A DNA stretch of 63,992 nt, the filler included, from Choristocarpus tenellus KU-1152 (taxonomy: Eukaryota; Protista; Phaeophyceae), in assembly GCA_964200185.2 (NCBI GenBank). It is 9 parts of 9 records of this genome, joined end to end, with 100 filler letters (N's around TTAATTAATTAA, not from the genome) between each part and the next. Parts side by side here need not be neighbours in the genome. Positions count along the whole stretch, not along the records: positions 18,580 to 28,544 come from CAXNAD020003238.1; positions 28,645 to 31,409 come from CAXNAD020024937.1; positions 31,510 to 42,748 come from CAXNAD020002434.1; 6 more parts are not named here. The stretch is one strand, 5' to 3'. The position numbers were made by a program, and so were the translations under genes. The notes beneath the pieces are model-generated. The model ran no database searches and was not told the origin of the DNA. It saw nothing but the letters and a program-made list of their open reading frames with translations. Shown piece after piece: positions 25,200 to 37,899 of this stretch; positions within the stretch are counted from its first letter, which is position 1; each line of letters starts with the position of its first letter.

Positions 25200-26820
25200 T
25201 TAAAGACGTTGAAATACATCTGAGAACCGTTGCATGCATTCCCAAGTTACAGATCTTACTCTGCAACTTTTAGCAAATCGGAGTTCCCATTTTGGGGTTC
25301 CACATGTGTGTACAGTGCTCGTGCTGGTTAAAGTGCGGGAAGAAATGCTTGCGCTATTCGCCTGTAACAATAATGTTAACAATCTGATGGGATATGGCAC
25401 CCTGATTGACATCTTGGGAATAGGTCGAATGGGGTGGGGAGGTAATGGGTTCATTGGTGACGCCCTTTCACTTCAACCAACCTATTTCAACAGCAACATC
25501 CTCACTTGTGTGGTCGAGTGTTACGTGGCAGAGTTGTGCAACAGGTCTCAATCTCCGCAGTAGGCTATTCCCCCAGTAAGGTTGGGAAGATAGTATGACT
25601 GAGAAGATTCGAACTCTAAGACACAATTTGGTAATAGCTATCAGGATAACAAAAGCCAGAGCGGCTGGACAAGCGTGAGTATCAATCTTTTGTACTCTTC
25701 GGTCCTTCCCAATACAGCAGCTAAACGTGCATTTGATCCCCCAGCAGACAACGTATCATCTCAGCCCTATCACAGATTCTGTACCACCATGGCTGCTGAC
25801 CTGGAGGTTGGATGTAGCCGAGAAAACTCTATCTACATGGTGGATTGAGCTGCAGAATTATAGCTGAGAAGCTCAAAGAGAGGCCAAGTGACCACAGCAT
25901 GATCCATTTGCGTCATGAAGGAGGCGCAATGGACTACAATGTGGTATACAAAGGGTGAGGAGTATGAGGTCGATGTCACCGTTGACGACAAGTAGTAACT
26001 GGAGTGGTACATGGAGCAGTTGTTGCCAGTGATCAAGGAAAAATTGCCATGACTGGAATCGGAGGGGGCCTACATACAACAGGATGGCACAACCCCGCAA
26101 ACGAGTAAGGGCACAGTGCAGGAGTTGAACGCAGCAGGGATGGATGGAACATTAAGCTCGTGACACAGCCAGCACAGTAGTAGCCGGATCTCAACATAAA
26201 TTATTTGGTTCTTTTTACATATCTGAAGAGCAGGGTTTGGGCGGAGCATTATGGCACTGTTGATGAACTTATACAGGGGGTTTCAAGCATGTTCCACACA
26301 TACAATGCAGACCCGCTCGAGAGGGTGTGGCAGAGTCTGTTTAAGAGGTACAATCAGGTATTACAGGTTCTGGGGAGGAACGTTTTCGGGGTAAAGCACG
26401 CCGGGACCAAAAAAAGGCAGCAGGGGGGTCGGGTTGGCTAGATCAGTCAAAGCAGACGAAGCAGCGTCCGCAGCGGCCCAGTATTGGTGGGTTGATGGTG
26501 TGGAATAAAGGCTCGACATAGATATTTTATTGTAAACTATTCCAAGGAATCCAACGAAATGTTACAGGCGAATAGCCCGTGCATTTCTTCTCATGTATTA
26601 GCAAAAACGAACATTTGTTACAGGCGAATAGCGCGAGCATTTCTTCTCATGTATTAGCAAAAACGAACATTTGTTACAGGCGAATAGTGCGAGCATTGTT
26701 TCTCACGTTCTAGCAAGCGCGAACGGTATACGAGATTAGTAACACATAGATAGCCTCACAGAATAAATGCTGGTTTCGTAGAAGATACAGAGTAAGATTC
26801 GTAATGCATACGTAACATTA
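25200..26820 (+). mobile_element. Mariner (plant/oomycete-type DD39D) transposon, decayed and internally deleted
   Basis: LPVIKEKLP*...YIQQDG..PQ...LVTQPAQ..PDLNINYLVLFTYLKSRVW...LERVWQSLF...GRNVFGVKH corresponds to the QQDNA.PH, QPPNSPDLN.LDLGFF and G.N.Y.IPH motifs. Imperfect TIRs and inverted subterminal motifs (ctattcgcctgtaaca / tgttacaggcgaatag) are present. Confidence 0.8.
26560..26722 (+). repeat. Subterminal tandem repeat, 3 x 56 bp
   Basis: tgttacaggcgaatagc.cg.gcatttcttctcatgtattagcaaaaacgaacatt at 26560, 26616 and 26672. Confidence 0.9.
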
Positions 26821-28544
26821 TAGAAGAAAACATCAAAGTTCCGAAGAAGTTGCAGAATAAAGGTTTATGATTGGATTACACATACAGCACTTGCATAGAA
26901 GAGCAAAGAAGTTGGGTGGATGATGAAAGTAATGAAAGGGCTTTTGGTCAGAACCATCACCCCTCTTTAAAAAGTCTTCTATCTTGAACGAAACATTGAG
27001 TCGAGCTTCGAGTATCAAGAAAAGGATGCCTGACACCCAACTGTTACCAAGGGCAACGTCCCCATAATAGCGTCGTTTTGAGGTTGTTGGATTTGAGTTA
27101 TACATCCTGTGGAGGTGAGTTCTGGGGCGCGCTGTAACACAAAAGTCCGTTTTGTAATTAAATAAAGGCCATCCCAAAGAGCTACAACTTAACGAGGCAG
27201 ACTTTTGGGACAGAGGGAATATGTGCAAAATTCGGCTTTCTCAAGAAAGGTGTATAGCATATTTTTTTCGACAGATATCGGAAAAGGTTCGAAAATTAGA
27301 GATATATATACACCCTCTCAAGTCAAACTTAGAAATTCATCCATAGAAATATGGGTGATTTGCAAAATCTTGATAGCAAACTGAAAATGCAAAACTACCA
27401 AATAATGACCTCTCCTCTACTCTGACTCTCCTGTTCCTCCTGGAAGGAAATGACAAGCAAAACAGGAGTTTTCCCGCATATTAGGGGACCTTTTTTGCTC
27501 ATGATGCACAATGCCTCGCGCCACATTCTAGTTGAATAGTCAACGGCTTTATTGCCCATCCCCCTGCTGACAGCAACAATTCTCTATTTATGTACTTTTA
27601 TCTGCTTCGTGCTACAAAGTATTGAGCTAGACCAATTGAGAGGTAAGTAAGGTGGTATTTAAAGGATCCCAAAAAAGGGAGAAAAGAGATGTCATTTTGT
27701 AAATTGCGGAAAGACCCTTTGTTTGATTGTGGGTTAACTTTGGGCGTGGAAACGGGGAATGTCAATTCTCCATACTCTATGGCGTACATAGAGAGAGGAA
27801 TGAAATTGAGTATTGTGTAGGGTAAGAACGATGCCTTAGAATGTAAAAGGGCCCAAACCTGCCTACCTCTAGATTGGTTTGGCTCATTTTGTTATGAAAT
27901 AGCTATCGCTAATGATGGTTCAACCTACTAATTTGCTATGGTGATCTGACTGACTCCGGTATGATATTTGATATGTGAGTGACTTTCTGTGGTGTTAACG
28001 TTTGAGGAGCTTACCAACGCCAAAGATAAGCAAGGCTGACAGGAGGAGAATCGGTGGGTCCCGAAGACAGGAAGATCTCCCAAAGAGAGGTTATCTTCCC
28101 AGTGCAGTCCACTATCCTAACGCACCTCTTCAAAAAATGTCTCTATTTGAATCGATCAACAACTCTACATTGTGGTGTGATATTGAGAAAATGTTATTCA
28201 CTACTTTCTGTTTATTTTCTTCCTAAAGTATTTGTGGATGATGTTTTAAATTAATACTATCACACCAAATTTACTATTCTCCTAAACCAATAATAGTAAT
28301 GTTCCTCTTTCACGTTTACCACAACTATTAATTGGGGTACAAGAGTAGGTAGATGGGAAGCAAAGGAAGACAGTAGTACAATATTTGATAGTGGTGAAGT
28401 AACTGATAGATTAGTGGTTTCCACACTACTTACAATGTTTTATGGTGTTCTTATGTTTAGGATATTTTATTTCTTTAGGGCTAATAACGACACATGTATA
28501 GTTTTCATTGGTTTCCCCCCTGATACATCTGTAAAATGTCAGAG

Positions 28545-28644
28545 NNNNNNNNNNNNNNNNNNNNNNNNNNNNNNNNNNNNNNNNNNNNTTAATTAATTAA
28601 NNNNNNNNNNNNNNNNNNNNNNNNNNNNNNNNNNNNNNNNNNNN
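28545..28644. other. Artificial contig linker
   Basis: N44-TTAATTAATTAA-N44. Confidence 0.97.
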
Positions 28645-29517
28645 GGGGTCTCTTCCCATCTCCGGCCCACCACATCACACCAAAAAAGGGAAAAACGGAC
28701 CCCGCCCCCCCCCCCCCCCCCCCCCAGATACTTTGACCCACATTCTAGAATGTTTTGTCCATTTTGCTCTATGACGTCTGCTGTATAGGACAGGACCTAA
28801 CAGATATTGTTCGTTGTGAGGGCGACGATTGGGTGCCCTCATAAATAATAATTATTGCCTTGAAGATCGTTTAACAGTCATTATTCTAGTAATCCTGAGT
28901 TACCTAGTTGCCTCATGTAGTGCTTGTTATGAGGGGCAAAGAAATCCCAGAAACCCCTGCACAACCCTCCTGGGACAGCCTTTGTGGCTGTGAGCCAGAG
29001 ACACAAGGCAAGGTATCTAAGGTATCTGATTCTGCTCTGTATGGATTTGCACCAAGCTTCTGTCTCTCAGTCTAAGCCCTTTCAGAACCGAGCTACCGAA
29101 GTAACTTTTGTGTTGTTAATTTGGTAACTAAAGCGAGAGAGAGAGTAAGGATTTCTGTTCTGTTTGCCTCAATATGTTTTTTTTATTATTTGTGCAGTAA
29201 CCCACAATTTGCACATGAATTTGATGTCCTTAAAGAAAGGGCGATAAGATAAGACCTTTACAAAAAAAGAAAGAAAAATGCGAGGAGGAAAATATGTCGT
29301 GACATCCGTTGTTGAGTTAAATGCCCAGGTTAGTATTATTTTTTTTCATTAGCACCCATGGTAGGGCGGACAATGCGTTATATATTTGTTACTATGTTGG
29401 GTTCCGTTATGTGTGCAAGCGTTTCATTTTCCAAGGTGTGAATATGACCATTAATGTATTCCTCCTCCTCACCCTTCCCTTGCAATTTTTCCTAGCTATA
29501 CTTTGTACTTGCTTACT

Positions 29518-29599
29518 GAATATTAGTAAGACATGTGAGAGTGGAATATTAGTAAGATATGTGAGAGTGGAATGTTAGTAAGACATGTGAGAGTGGAAT
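29518..29599. repeat. Tandem repeat, 3 x 26 bp (intronic)
   Basis: gaat(a/g)ttagtaaga(c/t)atgtgagagtg repeated three times. Confidence 0.9.
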
Positions 29600-29646
29600 C
29601 GTCTCTCAGCCTCTTACACCCTTCCCCCCCCTTCCTTTTGCATCAG

Positions 29647-29753
29647 ATGAGTCTAAGACCGTCACTGCCATGGCCTACGTCCTCTTCTACAGACGCCGAC
29701 ACGGGAGCCTTAGATGGGGTGGTATGCAAGACGACCAACAAGGGCATGTCTGA
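29647..29753 (+). CDS. Last exon of a ubiquitin-specific protease (peptidase C19/USP)
   Basis: A polypyrimidine-CAG acceptor is followed by ESKTVTAMAYVLFYRRRHGSLRWGG...*. AYVLFYRR is the USP C-terminal signature. No upstream exons were recognised on this contig. Confidence 0.8.
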
Positions 29754-30860
29754 TGTACTTTTTTATTTTGTACTTTTTATGTACATGTCCGGATACTCTG
29801 TTGTTGGCAAGGTTTGTTGTGTTGTGTGTCCTAAAGCTTGTCGCCATGGTGTGTTTGTGAGTGATTTTTTTTTTATCTCCAGCACTTTGTAGTTGGCATG
29901 TGCCTTTTGTCACATCGACGGCTATTGCATTTGGAAGAAGACGTTTCTGTACAGGTGGGGAGAGGGGGGATTGTCGGAAAACTGTGGGAGGTACAGTGAC
30001 TTCCTTACTTACGTGTTAGTGCCGCTGAGTAGAGTTCACTGTTCCTCTCTTGCCATTGAGTGTTAATTGTGAAGGGCTTGAAATATTTCCTGAACATTGC
30101 TAGGGGTGTGTCATGCTTGGTATTCTGCAGGAAAACTATGCATGTGTGATGTGCGACAATGGTCTGTGTGGGGGGCAAATGCCTCATCCCTGTGACAATG
30201 TAAGCATTTGGAACAAGCCTCTTTTGGCGATGAGGTTTTTGGTCATGTTGTCTTAATTTTCGTGGTTTTGGATCTTTACTGCAACAAGAATTGAAGAACA
30301 GTTTGGCCCGATGTTGAAGCAAGAGGTTTGTTGTTCATGAGCATACGAAGTTAGCATGTCATTGTTCTCCTTACGTGTTGTGTTTGTTTTGCATGTGCAT
30401 GTGTGTATTCCGGGTAGTTGTCAATCTGAGGGCACACTTCGTTTTTGTTATAGGGTGGCATTATAGGCGCATGGCATGCCTATAGAGCTCTATGCTGCAT
30501 AGTATACAACTACTGCTGGGTACTATTGTTCATTGTATTTTCTTTGGTGGTGAATCATACACATGATACCAAGAACACATTGGATAGTAGTTTACTTATT
30601 AGGTATTGGAGTCTATATATATAGAACGGTATGAGTACTACTTTGGATGCCCATCTTTTTCGGTTAGGTGTGGACTGAAGAGAGGATACTTTTGTGGTAC
30701 AAGAGAGTTGCTGGTGGAGTACATGGTTTATACACATCCTACTCTGGCATATTATTAAGTCAAAATAAATACATAATATATACATAAATATTCAAGAGCA
30801 CATGCATTGTACCTATCTCCTCTTCTTGTCTCTTGTCTACACTATGTGAAGAATGCTTGA

Positions 30861-31097
30861 GAGCCAAAGTACTTCAGAGGGTAGAGCCGTGTCCATTTTG
30901 GAACCAAAATCCAATGTTGTCATTTTGATATAATTTTGACTCTCATGTTTGTTAGGAAATGTCTGTTCATAACATACATACTGTACCTACTCCTGAAACA
31001 TTTTGGACTAGAAAAATGTCAAAAAGAACCCAATGGGAAGCAAAGCCCCAAATGGACAAACAGGGCAAAACTCGTACCCTCTAAGATGCTTTCACTC
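30861..31097 (+). mobile_element. MITE-A full copy with TTGA target-site duplication
   Basis: ttga[gagccaaagtac...ccctctaagatgctttcactc]ttga. Confidence 0.9.
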
Positions 31098-31409
31098 TTG
31101 ACTTGTTAGCTAAGTAGGAATATTTCCTCAAGGTGGTACCCCAGTAAGAGTGCAAGCTGAGTCAAGTCAAAAACAGCAAGGTCGGCCTCAATATGGTATT
31201 CTTCAAATCAATCTTGATTGTTTGAAGAAAAACGTTTCACACGTCATTGTGTCCGCATGTCACACTCGAAGATGCCTCTCAGATGCTCTCTCAAAGACTC
31301 CCTTGAGATACGCCTTCAACCGCAAGAAGTAGCTTGCTTTTTGCACATGCAATTAGGTTATTACTATGCTCTGTAGAGTAGGGATTCGCAAAATTGAGGG
31401 AGGAGCGGG

Positions 31410-31509
31410 NNNNNNNNNNNNNNNNNNNNNNNNNNNNNNNNNNNNNNNNNNNNTTAATTAATTAANNNNNNNNNNNNNNNNNNNNNNNNNNNNNNNNNNN
31501 NNNNNNNNN
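31410..31509. other. Artificial contig linker
   Basis: N44-TTAATTAATTAA-N44. Confidence 0.97.
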
Positions 31510-32130
31510 CCCCCCTCCCCACAGATATTTTGGGTCAGGACCCGTCTGTGGTTCAGTACCCCCCTCACATCTATCCGGTCTGATGAAGAGCTCTGCAACA
31601 AGGAATTAGAGGGACTTCGCTACTGCTGAGCTTTGTCCATGAATTTAACTGAGAGAACAGTGAGTGATACTGTTCTTGTTTACTTCCCAAGAGAGAAAAA
31701 AAAAAGAGTGTCCGTACTGTGTCGCCATGGTGAAGATAGTTGCGTTCTATTCAATTGATTATTATTATTGTTGTTACAATGAGGAGGGGGTCCCCAACAT
31801 GCAGTCAAGATGTAGTCGGAGGAAAGCAATGCGTCACAAAATACAAATACCACAAAAGAAATAAAGCAACCAAAGGAGAAAAAAAAAAGAAAAAAAAAGA
31901 ACTCAAGTGCATCTATGAAGGGCACTGAACGGAAATCCAAGTACATAATACACCAACACCCAATACTTTGAATAGGAGTTTGCTGGTGTCGTCAGACATC
32001 ACCAGGTCCCTACGAGAAGAGTAATGGGGGTAAAAACAGAAAAAAACTTCAATGTGACACCCAGTCCATCCTATCCGAAACACCACTCAAAAGGTGACAC
32101 ACAAAGGAAAGAGGGATGCAAACAAAAAAA

Positions 32131-32195
32131 AATCAGGTAAAAGAGGCAGCTTTCTCAACAGATAGCGTTGAGAAAGCTGCCTCTTTTACCTGATT
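32131..32195. repeat. Perfect 29-bp-stem hairpin with 7-nt loop
   Basis: aatcaggtaaaagaggcagctttctcaac-agatagc-gttgagaaagctgcctcttttacctgatt. Confidence 0.95.
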
Positions 32196-32229
32196 CAATT
32201 GGGCTGTATTTGCTAGTGCCTTAGCATGA

Positions 32230-32850
32230 TGTACGTCAGCTCCCTGGTATGTCACTCCTCTATTAACCTCTTTGTGAAGTCAACCTCGCACTCGTCCCAC
32301 CTATGTTCATTTGCCATCCTTGTATTAAACCCCTTAACCCCGATCCTAAACTTCTCAAGGTAGACTTGCAGGCACATCCACCGGCTCTTCTCCTGTCCAC
32401 CTTGCTTCCACTCTCTATCTGCAACTTGCCCAAACATTGGCACCTTTGGGAGTTGCTCATCCCTCACAGGCTTCGCAGCGGCATCTTTGTAGGATGGCGT
32501 GTGATCGGCGTGTTCCCATTTGCTAAGTCCAACGTAACATGGTAGAGATTTGTGGTAGATAGAGTGAACATCCACATAGTGGACCCGGCGCAGTCTCCGC
32601 ATGAGACAACCATATGGCAGGACAGAAAGTACTTCAGTCTTGAGCATTCAATTTTCAAGCTCAAGTACTGCAATTGTGACTCTTGTCATAAAGCACTTAG
32701 TTCTACTTGCAAAAAAGTTAGCCCCAGGTTTTTCCAACCCATCGACTGATCTTGGTGGCAAAATCAGCTCCATCGTTGATGGTGCCTCCAAGGAAAACAA
32801 GACTTTTTTCAGTCTGCTTGTAGATCTGGCATAACAAAGTCCAGATCATC
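32230..32850 (-). mobile_element. RTE-clade LINE, 3' part of ORF (degenerate)
   Basis: MLKTEVLSVLPYGC...HTPSYKDA...QLPKVPMFGQV...GGQEKSRWMCL matches the RTE C-terminal pattern (LLYGC.TW...RLP..VMFG...G..K.W). Confidence 0.8.
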
Positions 32851-33595
32851 TGCTTAATACCTGCAGTCTCATTGGGAGGTCAAAGGGAGGCGGTTTCCCT
32901 CCTCAAATCAAACACAGTCAACCCAAATTACCATGTAACCTTAACCATCCACTATCATCATCCTGGCCAAACTTCTTGGGGTCTTGACACAATGCCAGCA
33001 TTGTCAGCATAGAGCATATTGCATGGGCTATGCTCAAGTGTCACCCCCCTCCCTCTTGCTCCTCCTCTGACCTGGTCGTATTCGCAGCTTCCTCAATGAC
33101 AATACGGTCCTTGGAAACGGCTGGATCGGAGCTGAATTCCTTATCACTATGACTGAAGTGAAGTTGTCGAAGAGAACCGATGGAATGGAGTATCGTTAAT
33201 AACTAATTCAGAGTGCGAGTATCATTCTCACTAAATCTATACTATTTCTCTCCATTTTGCAGATGTGTCAGGGGGAAACCAATGAAAACTACATACATAT
33301 GTGTATATAAAATGTCCTAAACANNNNNNNNNNGACAATGCGTGGAAACCACTAATCAGTTACTTCACCACTATCAAATATTGTACTACTGTCGTCCTTA
33401 TACAGTATCGTTGTACTCAAAGTAAAAACACTTAAATAGAAAACTGCAACTATACCGCGATATACACTTGACTACTCCAAACTCGACTCCATTATCATCA
33501 ACTCGCTCGAGATCCACTGCCCCCTTACTTGCACTTGCTGATGAGTCCACCAGTGGGGAAGTGAGGAGTGCCACACACTCTCTGACTAACTGCAA

Positions 33596-34560
33596 GGATA
33601 TGGGCCAACATGACCTTCTAGTGGAACTCCTAAGGCTGGGGTTAGATGAGGACCTCATCTCCCTGCAGATGTTCCACAGCATTATTCTTGCTCTGTGGCG
33701 GCCACAGGAGGTCCCTCAGGAGTGGAAGAGTGCTGCCATTAAACCCATCTACGAGAAGGACTTAAGGTGACTGTAGGAACTACAGGGGTATCTCGCTGGT
33801 ATCACATTCCAGTGAAGTACTCAAAGTTTTTGCACATCGTTTAGGAACCTACATTGCAGGAGGGCATACCAACAGAGGAACAATATGGATCCAGACCTTA
33901 ACGATTGACAATTGATGTGATGTATGCGGAGTGTATCATACTGGAGGTCTGGCGAGAGGAGAAGGTCCCTTTGCACGTGTGCCTTCATTAACCTGCAGAA
34001 GGTGATGGCTAAGTTGATTGAGATCTATGAACAGTACTGACCAGAATTGGTGTGCCAGCTAAGACCCTGACCATTCAGCAATCCCATGTCAGAATGCAGG
34101 CTTGTGCGCAGATGGCTAATGGGGAATGCTCAGGCTGGTCTCCATCAAGGGTCACTTATCGCCCTGTTGCTGTTAAATATTCTCCTTACTGCACCGCCAA
34201 CCATTGTACTGGAGAAGTTTAGCACCAAAAAAGGATATCCCTAAAGAAGATTTTGTCTACATCAGGAGAGCTAAGAAAAAACACCAGTCCTTTAGACTGG
34301 GGAACACACACACCAAGAGATACCTTAGCAGTTGCTGAAATTGTAGTGTATGGTGTATGCTGATGATGCAGCCGTTGTGTACATGACTCAAGAGAGTTGG
34401 CCAAAATGATGGCCGTCATCGCCACAGCATGTGAGGCATTTCGACTGACCGTGTCAGAGAAGAAGATGGAGGTCGCGTCCCTCCAGGTCCCAACAAGTCA
34501 GCACAGGATATGCGCAGATGAAGGCTGGTGGAGGACAACGGTATATAATATTAGCAGACT
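33596..34560 (+). mobile_element. RTE-clade LINE reverse transcriptase remnant
   Basis: ELLRLGL...FHSIILALWRPQEVPQEWKSAAIKPIY..., CRNYRGISLVSH, EEQYGSRP, degenerate YADDA, LAKMMAVIATACEAFRLTVSEKKME. Frameshifted. Confidence 0.88.
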
Positions 34561-35792
34561 GCCAATTGGTCTTGGAGGTTCACTCAGTGGGGCAGTAGGT
34601 GTACGCTTGGAGCTAAATACTTCATGGGTGCATGGCACACCATTGAGGTCAAGGCAGCCACACCCTGTCATATGGCAAAAGTGGCATTTTGCTGGAGGTA
34701 AAGGGGACTGGATTCCTTTGTCTAACCTCAGATCCTCTTCTTAGTCTAACCTGTGTTGATGGCAGTAGGGTGTACCGAACAGGTGCAAGGACTTCACTTT
34801 GATGCATTGAAGTGCAAAGGAGATGTGCCCCTTGCTGAGCCAATTGTGGTCCTTAGTACTGGAGCTGATCCTTAAATTATGCTTTTCTTTCAGTTTACTA
34901 TCTCTTCTTATCTCCATGGACTTGAACAATGGATCTGCCTTTTCTTGGCACATAGGTTCTATCCCTTTTTTGCTCTCTCTCTCTCTCTCTCTTGCACAAC
35001 CCTTCCAACCACGGGTTTTGAGTATGCTGCACTTACATGATACTTCCTTCTCCCTGAAAATATCTTCCAATTATTCTACTTCCTATCAAGCACCACTGCA
35101 TCATACTTAGAATTAGCATACAATAGTCCATCAATCAATCAATCAATCAACTAGAACTTGGCGTTGAATGAACGATTTTGCTTATTAGTTTGATGCATGG
35201 AACAATGATCCTCGAAAACACCGTGGAGATGTCGTCAAGGAGCTGGAAGGAGCATTACTACTATTACTACTACTAACATTATTATAGTAGCCTGGGGACT
35301 CCGCTGACCTGTTGTTGGAGGCACCACACACTGTACTACTTCTCATACCAACAATTAAAGATGAAACTAACAGCTGCATTACGACTGATTGTACAGCCTC
35401 CATATTTGCCTTGCTTCTCACGCATTGCATTCAGCCATGTTTGCCCTGTATATCTTGGTTCGACTTGGAACTGGTTCATGCTACTCCAATCTTCCTTCTG
35501 TACAAAATTCGTCTCACATGAGATTACAATGGCGTCCAATCACTTCTCGAAGGACAGCTGTTTAGTAAGGTAATCGAGGACTCCTCCTGCCTGGGCTACA
35601 GATTAACATTCCCAACCCTACAGGCAGCCAGCCCAAAGTAACATCAGTTTGCCGTCAGCACCTCTGTCAAATCACTGAGATAGGATTGTTCCACCGAGGC
35701 AGTCGTCTCACTCTCTGCATTTCCCCTTTGGTTCATCTGAGGACCACGGGGTATCTGCAATCTTTTGTCCTCACAGAGTAAGAATTGGAAAA

Positions 35793-35866
35793 GCGCTCCG
35801 GCCGGGATTCGATCTCACAACCTCTGATTCTTATTACACAGTGAGTAATTACTGGTCCACTGGGGC
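35793..35866 (-). mobile_element. tRNA-derived sequence (SINE head or tRNA pseudogene)
   Basis: gccccagtggaccag...tcagaggttgtgagatcgaatcccggccggagc has A- and B-box-like motifs but no intact anticodon arm. Confidence 0.5.
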
Positions 35867-37899
35867 AGAAAATCGATGCTTGTCAGAATTGAATTGATGT
35901 GCTGTCCTTCTATGTTACTGGACTAGCGAAACGAGTCTCCAGCAGCACGCTAAAGCTAGAGGAAGCAGTGTGATACCCCAATGTTGTCCCCAATGTCACC
36001 TAAAACAATCAATCACACTGAGTGGTTTTTACTGGATTCTTGTTTTGTTTTATTTTGTTTTGTTTTGTTTTGTTTGCATATCCTGCCATTGGTTAGGCGG
36101 CAATTGGTGCTGTTGTGCTGAGGTCTTACTGAGTTGTATCTCTTCGTCTCTCTCGATCATTGTGCAGGCTTGGAGACTTTGAGAATCCGGCATACTCTTC
36201 CGTAGTCTGGGTGCGGCCATGGTTGAAGACAACTACTATACTCAACCAAGCTACACCCTCAGGCTTTCTCACACCCCTACCAGAAGCGCCAGTCAGTGAT
36301 CATGTGTAAATAAATTAATTTGTTGAGCGATAATATTGGGGTCAACCAATCACAGATTGATCTAACTTGGCAAATAGAGCACATACCTCTACTACAACTC
36401 AAAGAGGTGACTCGGGAAACACTAACCATTATTGGAAACATTGTCAAGCATAATCGAATAACAACTACTGCAGTAGAAACACTAACCCTAACCCGAGCCA
36501 CGATACAAATACCTGGCCTACCTGCATCCCATCGACAATCACAGTGGGGCAAATGCCCGAATCCAGCATTGACACCAGGTAGTCCTTTATGGCAGAAGTC
36601 AATGCGAGGTAGTCACACCTATCAACAGCAAGTGTGGCAGAAGGAACATTAGTACACTACTGAATAATGATGTGCAATAAACGATAATAATCTAACGATA
36701 ATAATCAAGAGTCAAAAAAACAAAAAAAACGTTCAGCTGGGACCTTCGAATCTAGCTCAAAACACCCAATGTCTTACGTACTCTGGAGCACAAAAAAAAA
36801 AGGAATCGCATTGCAAAATTGGTTTCTATGCAAAAGCTGCGCCGACATTGATGCTCGGTTAATCCCATCTCTTTTTAATGCAAATCTTGAGTCCAAAGTG
36901 ATCTTTCATATTACATTTTTTTTGGTGTTGGAACAAACGCCACAAGAAAGAGCACCAAGGTATTTGATTGGCGGTGATTGGTGTGCTGGAAGCAGTTGGT
37001 AAGGGGCGAAGGCGTAGGGGCTGGTCAGTGAGATCAGCCTACTTGCTCAGGTAGTCAGTGGACAGACAAGGGTGTGTGCTGGAGGACTTGGTCATGATGT
37101 AAATAAAATAGTAAAACTTCCATACACATAATCTAAACACTTGACAGCATGACTGAAACTCATCCTTTTGAATCAACATTGAGGTGAGGGGTCTATCAAA
37201 ACCTGGGGGTTCCCAGTCTCAGCAAGCAAGGTGGGGAGGCGACAAGGGTCTGAAAAACCAGGCTTTCAATGTCTTTGGGGCGGGTTGGGTCTGGAGGGGG
37301 ACAGCGTGCAGTGGGGGCGATATGAACAGTAGTAAGCAAGCAGTCAAAGTAGCAGCGATGGCCGTTATCAAAAAAATCATTCGCGAAAAATAAAAATACA
37401 GTGTGCATCATATGGAATCATGGTTCAAAGAGGTGCAATGTTTCGGCCATTTAACACTTTTTCAATCTCTTTTTAGATATGAAGTTGATCTCACTACCAG
37501 AGGCAAATGCTCTCATCCACCGCTGACCTTCATGAACAGCTCTTGGGACTGGTTAGGAGTTTGGAACAGTGTCAAAGTTCCTAAACAATACACAGGATAT
37601 ATTTCTTCTCTGGAGTGCCCCATGGTGTTCTGCAATCAATCTTAGGACTACAATACACCCGTACTGCTGGATATGGTTTAAAATAGATAGTAAAGATGGA
37701 CAAATCCACCTGAGGTGTGTGTACACAATAACATATGTAGAAGTTGATGGTACGACAGGAGTCAAGGCAATGTTCTAGCCACTGTCACACCTCCAACACA
37801 ACGGCACTGTCTACACTCAGGTAATCTCTACAATCCAATTTGTAGTCGTTAGGTAAGACGAAAACAGATTGCTATCGATAATAAGAAGCACTGCTACGC

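Noticed and set aside
26560-26722. Repeat array as possible CRISPR (also 990-1325 and 29518-29599)
   Set aside because: These are head-to-tail tandem units with no unique spacers and no cas genes, in a eukaryotic context.
31570-31610. CTGATGA hammerhead-like cores (also 8138 and 33538)
   Set aside because: No correctly placed GAAA or closing stems.
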